From a virus, in the UHGV virus genome UHGV-0092790: 39,723 nucleotides of DNA, one strand, 5' to 3'. The notes under the pieces were generated by a model. That model was not told the DNA's origin, did no database searches, and saw only the letters and a program-made list of their open reading frames with translations. Below, in pieces: positions 1 through 7,476 of this stretch; the stretch's first letter is position 1, and each line of letters opens with the position of its first letter. Position numbers and translations under genes: made by a program.

Positions 1-6
1 GATTGC

Positions 7-78
7 TCTTTCATTGGTTCTTTCTTTTGCTCTTTCATTGGTTCTTTCTTTTGCTCTTTCATTGGTTCTTTCTTTTGC
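7..78. repeat. 3 perfect tandem copies of a 24-bp unit (tctttcattggttctttcttttgc) at the window edge
   Basis: Read directly from the sequence: 7-30, 31-54 and 55-78 are identical. On the minus strand the unit translates in one frame as AKERTNER and in another as QKKEPMKE, which contains an ATG. The array may extend beyond position 1. Confidence 0.9.
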
Positions 79-166
79 TTTTCAAAATCCTAATGCGAAC
101 ATCAGGCTAAAGTAGATCAGTAGTCCAAAAATAATTATAATCGCATCGATAATTATTTTTTGAATT

Positions 167-1423
167 TTATTTTTTATATTCTTCATATTTCTTTATGAGT
201 TTTTTTAGATGTTCGGTTCTAGCGTTCTTTATTAGATAGTTCTGCAAAAACAATCTAATATTTATTAAATCGGCTTTATATAGATTTTGTTCTTCAACTG
301 AATATTTATAAATATGATAACAAAAATCTAAAATGGATTTTATAGCAACAGAATCAACAGTACCTTTTCCGCGCCTAAATTCTACCGTTTTATTGTTTGT
401 GAAATTTAGTTCAAGGTATCTTGAGTCGCAATAAGGTTGAAATATTTTTTCCAACCCTAATTCTGATGCCGCACTTGGATGGACGCCATACTCCATTAGT
501 CTTCGTATTTGCGGATCTGCTATGCAGTACCCTCCATTTTCCCTTCCAAAAAGTTCAGTAATAAAATCATACGGAAAACAGTAAAATGCCTTTTTTAGCA
601 AAATACAAACTTTTTTATTAAAATTAATTTTAGACAAATGTATGTGAAATCCTGTTTCTGTAGCCTTTTGCGAATAACAAGAAAAGCGAGGCATGAAATC
701 TTTTGTTAATATGTCAATTCCTCCTCCTTCTTTAATGAGTTCGTCGAAAGTCATTGGAATTGTCGTTATTTCTGCACCGCCTTTCTCATCAGAAAGGCTT
801 CCGTCATGCTGAATGTAAAAGAAATTTGATGTATTATTAAAAATGTATTTATTTCGTGCATATATTTCTAGCTCCAATCCAACAAGCGGTTCTTTTAGAA
901 CATCATTGTTAGGCTTGGACCATTCACTAGGAAAATAGTGATAATTTCTCATCTGCGTCGATATAAAAACATTTGGAATGTCTGGATGTTCAAAAACATC
1001 TTTGTCAAAATTCAAGGTAGGGATGACATATTCTGTGAGATATTCGATGTTGTGCTCATTTAGTCTTTCCCATAAAATATTTTCTACGAAAAAACTTAGG
1101 ACTTTCACATATTCCTTGGAATATGTTTTATATAAAAATAAATCAGGCGTTAGATTTATTTTATTTTTCAACAGTTTATTTAGTTTAATCATATCAGAAT
1201 TTTTGATTAGTCTAATGTTTTTTTTCCCGTAAACACACCCTCTAAAATTTCTCTCTCCGATATATTTCAAGAAAGCTGTTGTTTTTCTTCTAGCCTTTGC
1301 CAAGAATGCCGCATCGATATTTTTGTACGATGCGTTAGAATATTCTTTATTGAGAATTTCTTTGTAATTTTTTCTAACAAAAGCGAATAATAGTTCCAAA
1401 GATTTTTTTTCTTTTGCGTTCAT
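167..1423 (-). CDS. carboxylate-amine ligase (glutamine-synthetase-like amidoligase; GCS2/YbdK-like or Amidoligase_2-like)
   Basis: A 418-aa ORF carries an E-x-E beta-strand motif (PLVGLELEIYA) followed by a G-x-H-x-H motif (TGFHIHLS). These have the order and style of the two signature motifs of E. coli YbdK (FTLGIELEMQVV ... GQHVHVG). Called from motifs only, with no search. Confidence 0.5.
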   Translation of the reverse strand: MNAKEKKSLELLFAFVRKNYKEILNKEYSNASYKNIDAAFLAKARRKTTAFLKYIGERNFRGCVYGKKNIRLIKNSDMIKLNKLLKNKINLTPDLFLYKTYSKEYVKVLSFFVENILWERLNEHNIEYLTEYVIPTLNFDKDVFEHPDIPNVFISTQMRNYHYFPSEWSKPNNDVLKEPLVGLELEIYARNKYIFNNTSNFFYIQHDGSLSDEKGGAEITTIPMTFDELIKEGGGIDILTKDFMPRFSCYSQKATETGFHIHLSKINFNKKVCILLKKAFYCFPYDFITELFGRENGGYCIADPQIRRLMEYGVHPSAASELGLEKIFQPYCDSRYLELNFTNNKTVEFRRGKGTVDSVAIKSILDFCYHIYKYSVEEQNLYKADLINIRLFLQNYLIKNARTEHLKKLIKKYEEYKK

Positions 1424-1427
1424 TGTT

Positions 1428-2003
1428 TTAAAAAATAATACGGTTGTTGTTGTTTTTGTTGTTTATTCTAGAATAAACTTCCCACAATTCTTCCACATGT
1501 TGTCGTGAATCGTGAAGTTTTAGGAAAAGTTCTTGTGACAAATTTATGAGTATTCCTTGTTTATTAAGATTTGTTGCACAATGTCGATAATATTTTAGCG
1601 CTAACTCCTTGTTAGAGGTGAAGCAACGTGTGTGTGGATAGCAAGATTTTAAACTAGTTCTTCCGTATTCTGGAAAATGTCCTAGAACTTGCTTTGTTTT
1701 GTATTCATACCAGTTGACAGGCTTAACTCCGACAAATAGGAAGCCTACATTGGGTCCGCCTCCAGTTTTACGCATTACAGGGATATATCCCAGCGTGTTA
1801 TCTTTTATTGTGTTAGGTGTTATATATTTTTCTATAATTTCGCCTGTTCTAGTATTTTCTAGTTCTAGAAAATATTTAATACTGATTGATTTTTTTAAAA
1901 ATTCAATCATCTTTTCGTTGTTTTCACTTTCTAACATAGTAGATACTAAAGGTGTTTTATTTCTACAAGTTAGATACATTTTAATTATATACATTGTATT
2001 CAT
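1428..2003 (-). CDS. hypothetical protein (191 aa), co-oriented with and 4 bp upstream of the amidoligase gene
   Basis: An uninterrupted ORF tightly packed against its neighbours in a minus-strand operon. It has a Gly-rich segment (RKTGGGPNVGFLFVG) and no recognisable family. Confidence 0.45.
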   Translation of the reverse strand: MNTMYIIKMYLTCRNKTPLVSTMLESENNEKMIEFLKKSISIKYFLELENTRTGEIIEKYITPNTIKDNTLGYIPVMRKTGGGPNVGFLFVGVKPVNWYEYKTKQVLGHFPEYGRTSLKSCYPHTRCFTSNKELALKYYRHCATNLNKQGILINLSQELFLKLHDSRQHVEELWEVYSRINNKNNNNRIIF

Positions 2004-2038
2004 TTTTTTTGTTTTTCTTATCCATTAAATAAAAAGTT

Positions 2039-2503
2039 TTATAGTTCTTTAAAAAGTAGTTGCGTATGTAGAATGTCCATTTTTTGTTTTTCTTCTCCTG
2101 TTTCGAGAAAAATCTTTAAATCAAGTTCAATGTTGTTTTTTAATAAACTAATATTTAGTTTATTGTCAACAGAATCAAGACCTAATGCAAAAGCGTCATG
2201 TTTATTATAAATTTCTTTTTTAAGTTCTGGGTAGGTGTAAATTACGAGTTCTTTTTTTATTAGTTTTGATAATGATCCGTAAATTAGCAATCCTTTAAAA
2301 TTCAATCCTTCAAACTCATCACGGAAAGTAAATCGATTCCCATGTCTTACAAAAATCAACGAATCTGGTTTTTGTAATTGTAGCCTCATTGCGGCTTTAA
2401 TAAATCCGAAAGAATAACCCTTTTTACAAACGCAGTATAAAAAGTTTTCCCCTTTTATTATTTTTGATACTTTGCCAAGAAAAAAGTCAATATCTCTTTT
2501 CAT
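2039..2503 (-). CDS. hypothetical protein (154 aa). It carries an internal LIYGSLSK segment with a weak resemblance to the YGSL/YGTL motif of gamma-glutamyl cyclotransferase (AIG2-like) proteins
   Basis: The ORF sits in the operon. The motif resemblance is weak and the motif is not N-terminal as it is in canonical GGCT proteins. Confidence 0.4.
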   Translation of the reverse strand: MKRDIDFFLGKVSKIIKGENFLYCVCKKGYSFGFIKAAMRLQLQKPDSLIFVRHGNRFTFRDEFEGLNFKGLLIYGSLSKLIKKELVIYTYPELKKEIYNKHDAFALGLDSVDNKLNISLLKNNIELDLKIFLETGEEKQKMDILHTQLLFKEL

Positions 2504-2786
2504 TTAGTTCTAATGTTTTAAAATTAAACCTATATTCTTTATTTTCCATTAGCGGGCATTTCCGAAAATCGCTAATCAAATCGCCTTCCGGACGGCTTTC
2601 TATCCTGAAAATCAATCTCCTAGGGTGCTTGTTTGCGATAAAAACTTCGACGATTGAACCTATCCTCCAATCACTCTTTATTGCGGAAAAAAAGCACCTT
2701 AACCCATGATTGAAATTTAGATACAATACAGGAAAGATCCGCCTTTCTTCATGCGGGTTTTCGAACTCAAATTGATAAACTTTCAT
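2487..2786 (-). CDS. hypothetical protein (99 aa)
   Basis: An ORF in the same-strand operon that overlaps the downstream gene by 17 bp. Confidence 0.4.
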   Translation of the reverse strand: MKVYQFEFENPHEERRIFPVLYLNFNHGLRCFFSAIKSDWRIGSIVEVFIANKHPRRLIFRIESRPEGDLISDFRKCPLMENKEYRFNFKTLELNEKRY

Positions 2787-2789
2787 TTC

Positions 2790-3119
2790 TTAAAAAGAAG
2801 AATAATTGATAAGTACTTCTTGCGGTAAAATGACTTTAGATTGGAATGATATTCCAATAATCGGCAATATTGTTTTTACCTCTTTATCAACTCTAAAAGC
2901 TTTTTTCTTCATGAGGCAAATATAGGAAAACTCTTCAAATCCAGCATCAATTAGCATGCATTTAAGCATTTCTCTTTCAAAAAAACCACACATTGGCTTT
3001 TTAAGCTCATAAATAATTTCATCTTCCTTTGTTTCTCCTAGTTTTCTTTTTATATTTATTTTTGTTTTTTGGCGCAAAAAACAACTTAAACAACCGTATG
3101 TATCAATTATTTTTTTCAT
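2790..3119 (-). CDS. hypothetical protein (109 aa)
   Basis: An ORF whose end overlaps the upstream gene by 4 bp (ATGA-type coupling). Confidence 0.45.
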   Translation of the reverse strand: MKKIIDTYGCLSCFLRQKTKINIKRKLGETKEDEIIYELKKPMCGFFEREMLKCMLIDAGFEEFSYICLMKKKAFRVDKEVKTILPIIGISFQSKVILPQEVLINYSSF

Positions 3120-3415
3120 TTTGAGAAAATATAAGTTTCGGATTTGTGGTAAGTGTGTGAATATCGTACCGTTTCCGCATATCTATTTCTATACGTAAAA
3201 ATATCACTCACTGGTTTTTTTTTTCTTTTTAAGTCTTCAATATGTTTAAATTCAGGCAAAGTGAATATATTAAAAATTCCTTTCAAAATATCTTTTTTTT
3301 CACGTTTTTTGAAAATTCCTATAAAAAATGTTTGTTTGTTTTTCAGTGTGGCAATGAGGCAAAACTCATCATTTTTGATGTGGTTCCAAATCTCGACTGT
3401 ATATTCCGTTTTCAT
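3116..3415 (-). CDS. hypothetical protein (99 aa), Lys-rich
   Basis: An ORF in the minus-strand operon. Confidence 0.45.
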   Translation of the reverse strand: MKTEYTVEIWNHIKNDEFCLIATLKNKQTFFIGIFKKREKKDILKGIFNIFTLPEFKHIEDLKRKKKPVSDIFTYRNRYAETVRYSHTYHKSETYIFSK

Positions 3416-3455
3416 TGCATGTTATAATTGATATAATAAAAAAGTTCACTAGGAG

Positions 3456-3692
3456 TTAATCGATCAAGGAGAAGACGAGTTGAGCACGCTCTCCCTTTTT
3501 GAAAAAAACACGTCCGGGAATATGTAAAAATACTCCGAATCTGTATTCATAAAAATAACAAGTTGCCTTTTCTAGCATTTTTGCCATTTCTTCACTGCAT
3601 CCTGTTTGTGCGTAATCGCTCAAACCCCCTAGCATGCGTTTCCGCACGTTTTTCAGTGTGGGATTCCTTGTTTCCTCTTTGTTGTATCTCAT
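3456..3692 (-). CDS. hypothetical protein (78 aa), first gene of the minus-strand block
   Basis: An ORF adjacent to the divergent intergenic region. Confidence 0.35.
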   Translation of the reverse strand: MRYNKEETRNPTLKNVRKRMLGGLSDYAQTGCSEEMAKMLEKATCYFYEYRFGVFLHIPGRVFFKKGERAQLVFSLID

Positions 3693-3739
3693 TGTTTTTT
3701 TGTTTTGTTAAATAATAAGTTTTCCTTTAATGCTAAAAG

Positions 3740-4065
3740 CCGTTGTATAGTTCCCTCTTTCGTTTATCTCTCTTATTGCCTTTCGCTTCAACGGCAATAC
3801 CTCGAAAAACGGATATCTTTCTTTCTCTTTTCCTTGTGTTCCTTTCATGCCTTTATAATATCTTTTTTCTCTCATTTGTCAATAGCTTTTTATTATTTTT
3901 TTCTCTCATGAACGTCTTTTTTTTCTCTCCCTCCCTCTCTCTTCCTCTCTTCCCTTTTGTCTTCCTTTTTCCTTCGGGGGGGGCCTTTGGGGGGGGGTTA
4001 CGCTCCCTCTTCCTCCCTGTTTCTTCTCCCTCTTTCTCGCGGCGGGGGTTTTGTTGGGTGTAATG
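3740..4065. repeat. polypyrimidine (CT-rich) low-complexity tract on the plus strand, ending in poly-G runs (G8 at 3976-3983 and G9 at 3989-3997)
   Basis: Read directly: ctctccctccctctctcttcctctcttccc ... ttcggggggggcctttgggggggggtta. The ORFs called here (3743-4063 on plus, 3853-4137 and 3998-4324 on minus) translate to low-complexity polypeptides. Confidence 0.85.
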
Positions 4066-4849
4066 GATAATCACGTCGAACGGGACTAACCAGCTTGCCC
4101 TCCCTCCTCCTAAATCCTCCTCCCTCCTGGCGATCAAATGAGTTCATCATTGGATTTTTCGAAAAAAAGGCCATTTCCTGGCATTTTGGCGTAAGTCGTT
4201 GATAAAGTGTGCGCTTAGCTAGGACGGGAAAACCCCTAATGCTTGTTGACAGATTTTCAATTTTGTGCATTCCCGGTTGCCGCATTGTCAAGCTTGCCTC
4301 TAAAAAAGCGGGCAAGGGCGGCAACCCTCAAGTACCAAGTTGCGGTTACTATTCCGCTTGACGAGGGCGATTTTTGCACCGTTATCGGTAAAACGCAACA
4401 GTTTTTTTTAGTGGAGCGTGCGCTTCCTGCGTGTAATCTTCATAACTCATTGATACTCTATCATACTTCGCATAACACACATAATGCCAAATCGAGGGCC
4501 ATAGAGGTCGACCTTGAATAACGCACTGCAAGCCACCTAGCACGCGCCGCATTTCCCGGACGATATGTGTATCGGCTCACCTCTCAAAAGGCCCGTACAA
4601 GCCAACCTCGCAAGCCGTTTTTCGGGCAAATCGTAGTAATTAGAATAATTATTGAGGTTTTGCCCACTTTAGGCCATGTTGCGGCGTTGCTTCGGAGCCA
4701 CCTAGCCATGAGGGACTGCAAGCCCGTCAGCACCGCACCACCCCTAGGTGCTTGGTGTGCTGCCATGCCATACAGGGGGCGCCGGGGAAAAGTCGCGGGT
4801 GTTTTGCGCTGGACAAAGAAGGTATCACGCAGTGTAATAGGAAAAAAAG
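4066..4849. other. about 0.8 kb ORF-free core of the divergent intergenic region, roughly 50% GC. It is a candidate replication origin, packaging site or promoter region
   Basis: No ORF of 110 aa or longer lies here. The region sits between a minus-strand block on the left and a plus-strand block on the right, immediately upstream of the lysis and terminase genes. Confidence 0.4.
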
Positions 4850-5003
4850 AAAAAGAGAAAGGAGAAAACGTAGTTTGTTAGAGAAAAAGGAAAAAATAGT
4901 ATGTATAAAGAGAAAAGGAAGTTGATATGAGAGAAGAAGAGGGAAGAGGAAGAAAGAAAGAATAAAAAAGAAAGAAAGAAGGAGAAAGGAGAAGAAGAGA
5001 GAG
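4850..5003. repeat. polypurine (GA-rich) low-complexity tract on the plus strand, mirroring the CT tract at 3740-4065
   Basis: Read directly: ggaaaaaaagaaaaagagaaaggagaaaacg ... aagaaagaaagaaggagaaaggagaagaagagagag. Confidence 0.85.
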
Positions 5004-5438
5004 ATGACGGGAAAAGAGCAGATGGAAGAGTTGTGTAAGGAGTTGAGAGAAGAGCTTAGGAGTGGAGTGATAAGGGGATTGGGAGAGGGATTAGCGAGGC
5101 GAGGGATGAGTCAGGCGATATTCAAGCGGATGGGAGGGCCGGAGGTATGGGCGAGGGTGAGCAAAGGAAGAGAGAGAAGAGAAGGAGGAGAGGGGAAAAA
5201 GGAGGAAGAGGGAGAGTTGAAGAAGGGAGAGCTGTGTGAGTTTTTAAGCAGGGTGATAAGAGGTGGGGAGCTAGGGATGAGTGGGAAGGAGAAGATGAGT
5301 GCTGTGGGGTTGTACATGAGGTTGAAGGGGTGGGACAAGGTGAAGGAGAAGGAGGAAGAGATGGTAGGGGAAGAGTTGGTAGAGCTGTTAGGAGGGAGAA
5401 AGGGAGTCGGAGAGAAGAATGATACGGAGGAAGGTTGA
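5004..5438 (+). CDS. hypothetical E/K/G/R-rich low-complexity protein (144 aa). It may be an artefact of the T-depleted strand
   Basis: The ORF lies on a purine-rich strand where stop codons are depleted. Some segments are not low-complexity (AIFKRMGGPEVWARV, LYMRLKGWDKV). Confidence 0.25.
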   Translation: MTGKEQMEELCKELREELRSGVIRGLGEGLARRGMSQAIFKRMGGPEVWARVSKGRERREGGEGKKEEEGELKKGELCEFLSRVIRGGELGMSGKEKMSAVGLYMRLKGWDKVKEKEEEMVGEELVELLGGRKGVGEKNDTEEG

Positions 5439-5473
5439 CAGAGGGAATAAGGATGAAATAAAGTAAAGACGGA

Positions 5474-6181
5474 ATGAGAAAGAACAGCGAAGGCGAGCTA
5501 AGAGTGAGGAGAGCGGAGGCGGAGCGAGGATTTCTGGCAGGGGTGAAGGAGATGGTGAAGATGAGAGCAGAGATGGGAGTGATGCCGTGGGGGAAGCATG
5601 TATTTTATCCAAGGATGTTGCACAAGGCGAGGCCGCAGAAGGTGAGTGATTTTTTAGTAGATGATGAGAGGTGGTATTTGAGTGTGAGGGAGGAGGATAT
5701 GGAGAAATGGTGTAGTAAGCATCATTTGAACCGGAGTGCTAGTGGGAAGTATTATTTGGGTTTATTGTTTAAGAGTACAAAATCGAGGAGTGTGAGGAGG
5801 AAGATAAGCCTTGGGACGAAAGACGAGGAGGTAGCGAAAGAGCGGAGGGAGTTGTTTTATGAGGAGTGGGAAGGGAAGCATCTGACATGGGCGCAATGTG
5901 AGGGAGCGAAGTGGAACATGAAGGTGTCTGGGTGTGCGGCGATAGGGAGCAAGAGTGCGTTGGAGAGGAAGGCGAGGGAGAAGCAGGAGAAGGCGAACCG
6001 GGAACAGGCTAAGGCAATATGCAAGGAGTTGGCATTAAAGCGAAAGGCGCAGGTAAAACTGGAAGGATTTAAAAAGAAGACGGAAGAGTTAAAGAGGAGG
6101 AGGGTGTTGATGGTAGGAGGTGTAGAGAAAATAGGAGACGCCGTAGTAAGGAGGACGAAGAGAAAAGGAGTGGAAAGGTAA
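5474..6181 (+). CDS. hypothetical basic protein (235 aa) with a K/R/E-rich C-terminus
   Basis: The ORF's N-terminal half is not low-complexity (HVFYPRMLHKARPQKVSDFLVDDERWYLSV ... SGKYYLGLLFKSTKSRSVRRKISLGTKDEEVAKERRELF). It uses the same purine-rich codons as the confident amidase and terminase genes downstream. Confidence 0.35.
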   Translation: MRKNSEGELRVRRAEAERGFLAGVKEMVKMRAEMGVMPWGKHVFYPRMLHKARPQKVSDFLVDDERWYLSVREEDMEKWCSKHHLNRSASGKYYLGLLFKSTKSRSVRRKISLGTKDEEVAKERRELFYEEWEGKHLTWAQCEGAKWNMKVSGCAAIGSKSALERKAREKQEKANREQAKAICKELALKRKAQVKLEGFKKKTEELKRRRVLMVGGVEKIGDAVVRRTKRKGVER

Positions 6182-6186
6182 AAGCT

Positions 6187-6387
6187 ATGAAAGAAAAAGA
6201 AGTAGGAATAATGGTAAAAGAGAAGAAGGAAGGAGGGTTGGAACTGCATTTGTTTCCGAGCAAGGAGGCAATGGCAAGGTGGCGAGGGGAGGACAGCGAG
6301 CATGACGTAGAGGGGCGGTATCAGGAGTGGGTATTGCCAGTAGAGGTATTGGAAGACCTTTGGGCGGCGGCGCAAGGGGAAGAGTAA
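6187..6387 (+). CDS. hypothetical small protein (66 aa)
   Basis: An ORF on the purine-rich strand. Support is weak. Confidence 0.2.
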   Translation: MKEKEVGIMVKEKKEGGLELHLFPSKEAMARWRGEDSEHDVEGRYQEWVLPVEVLEDLWAAAQGEE

Positions 6388-6519
6388 AGTTTTTTTAAAA
6401 CGTCCGGTGCAAGTGGCATCCTCAAATAACAAACAAACAATAGAAGTTGGGTGGAGGCGAGGAGGCGTGGTGCGCGAACCGCTACGTCCCGGACGGCCTA
6501 TGCCCAGCAAAGGGAAAGT

Positions 6520-7080
6520 ATGAAAATAATCGTAGATATAGGGCATGCCCGGAAGACGGGAGCGGAAGGGAATGGATTGGAAGAGCATGAGGTATCATGC
6601 GTAGTAGCGGGCTATCTGGTGGAAGAGTTGGGAAAACTTGGCCATGAGGTATTGGAGTTGGACTTTCCGAGGATGAGCAATGCGGCAGACTTGAACGAAA
6701 CGATAAAGGCGGCGAATGCGTCTGGGTACGAGGCAGGAGTATCGTTGCATTGCGACAGCGCCAGTAAAATTGTAGGAGGCAAGGAGGTATTGAATCCGGA
6801 GCCTCATGGGGCGCATGTATGCTTTTATCCGAGTAGCGTAAAAGGGGCACGGCTGGCGAGTGCGATAGCAGGAGAGCTGTGTGTATTGTTGCCGGGGAGG
6901 GCAAACAAAGTGCAGGGGCGAGCGAACCTTGCGATATTGAGGAAAACGAAGATGCCGTTTGTATTGTGTGAGTGTGGATTTATAAGCAACCCGGAGGACG
7001 CAGAGGTGATGAGGAGGCGGCCAAAGGAAATAGCGGAAGCAATAGCGAAAGGAGTGGACGCCTATGCGAGAGGAAAGTGA
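6520..7080 (+). CDS. N-acetylmuramoyl-L-alanine amidase (Amidase_3 family), the probable endolysin
   Basis: From the internal Met, the protein reads MKIIVDIGHA...GAEGNGLEEHE...VSLHCDS...LCECGFISNPEDAE. These match the Zn-binding His/Glu/His and the C-terminal E-x-GF-ISN signature of Amidase_3 cell-wall amidases. I moved the start from the track's 6451 to the ATG at 6520. Confidence 0.8.
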   Translation: MKIIVDIGHARKTGAEGNGLEEHEVSCVVAGYLVEELGKLGHEVLELDFPRMSNAADLNETIKAANASGYEAGVSLHCDSASKIVGGKEVLNPEPHGAHVCFYPSSVKGARLASAIAGELCVLLPGRANKVQGRANLAILRKTKMPFVLCECGFISNPEDAEVMRRRPKEIAEAIAKGVDAYARGK

Positions 7081-7474
7081 GGAGGCAATGGACAAAGAGG
7101 CAGTAGGAGAGTTTGTTGACAGCATCGTAATGGCCCCCGAAAGGGGAGGTGTTGACGAGAAGGCAGAGGGATTTGTGTGGGTATTGAGGAGCAAGAACAA
7201 GTTTTTGGTAAGGGAGGGGAAGAAGGACAGGAGTGGGCAAAGGTGGAAGCGGAAGCCTGAATACGCTTACATGTACTACCGAGGGATGATGGCAGGAGGG
7301 GTGCAGAAGGAAGCATCGTGCCTGTTATCGGAGGCGAAGGTGTTTGACCTGCCGTTGCCTAGGAGGAAGTATAACACGGAGGTTTGGGATGTTGTGAGGT
7401 GCAGGCTTATTGAGGAGGCAGTAGAGGAACCGATATATAGCGAAGCGGAAGCGTTGATAAAGTTTAACCGTTAG
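7064..7474 (+). CDS. putative terminase small subunit (136 aa), called from position only
   Basis: A small acidic and basic protein immediately upstream of the large terminase, ending 3 bp before it. It has no diagnostic motif. Confidence 0.3.
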   Translation: MREESEEAMDKEAVGEFVDSIVMAPERGGVDEKAEGFVWVLRSKNKFLVREGKKDRSGQRWKRKPEYAYMYYRGMMAGGVQKEASCLLSEAKVFDLPLPRRKYNTEVWDVVRCRLIEEAVEEPIYSEAEALIKFNR

Positions 7475-7476
7475 TT

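Noticed and set aside
2039-2503. A GGCT/AIG2 cyclotransferase assignment based on LIYGSLSK.
   Set aside because: The motif is internal rather than N-terminal and no other GGCT feature is recognisable. I kept it only as a weak note.
5857-6588. A 243-aa minus-strand ORF, plus further minus-strand ORFs at 6482-7316.
   Set aside because: They translate to poly-Leu/Phe/Ser/Pro from the complement of the purine-rich coding strand and overlap the confident amidase gene. I read them as shadow ORFs.
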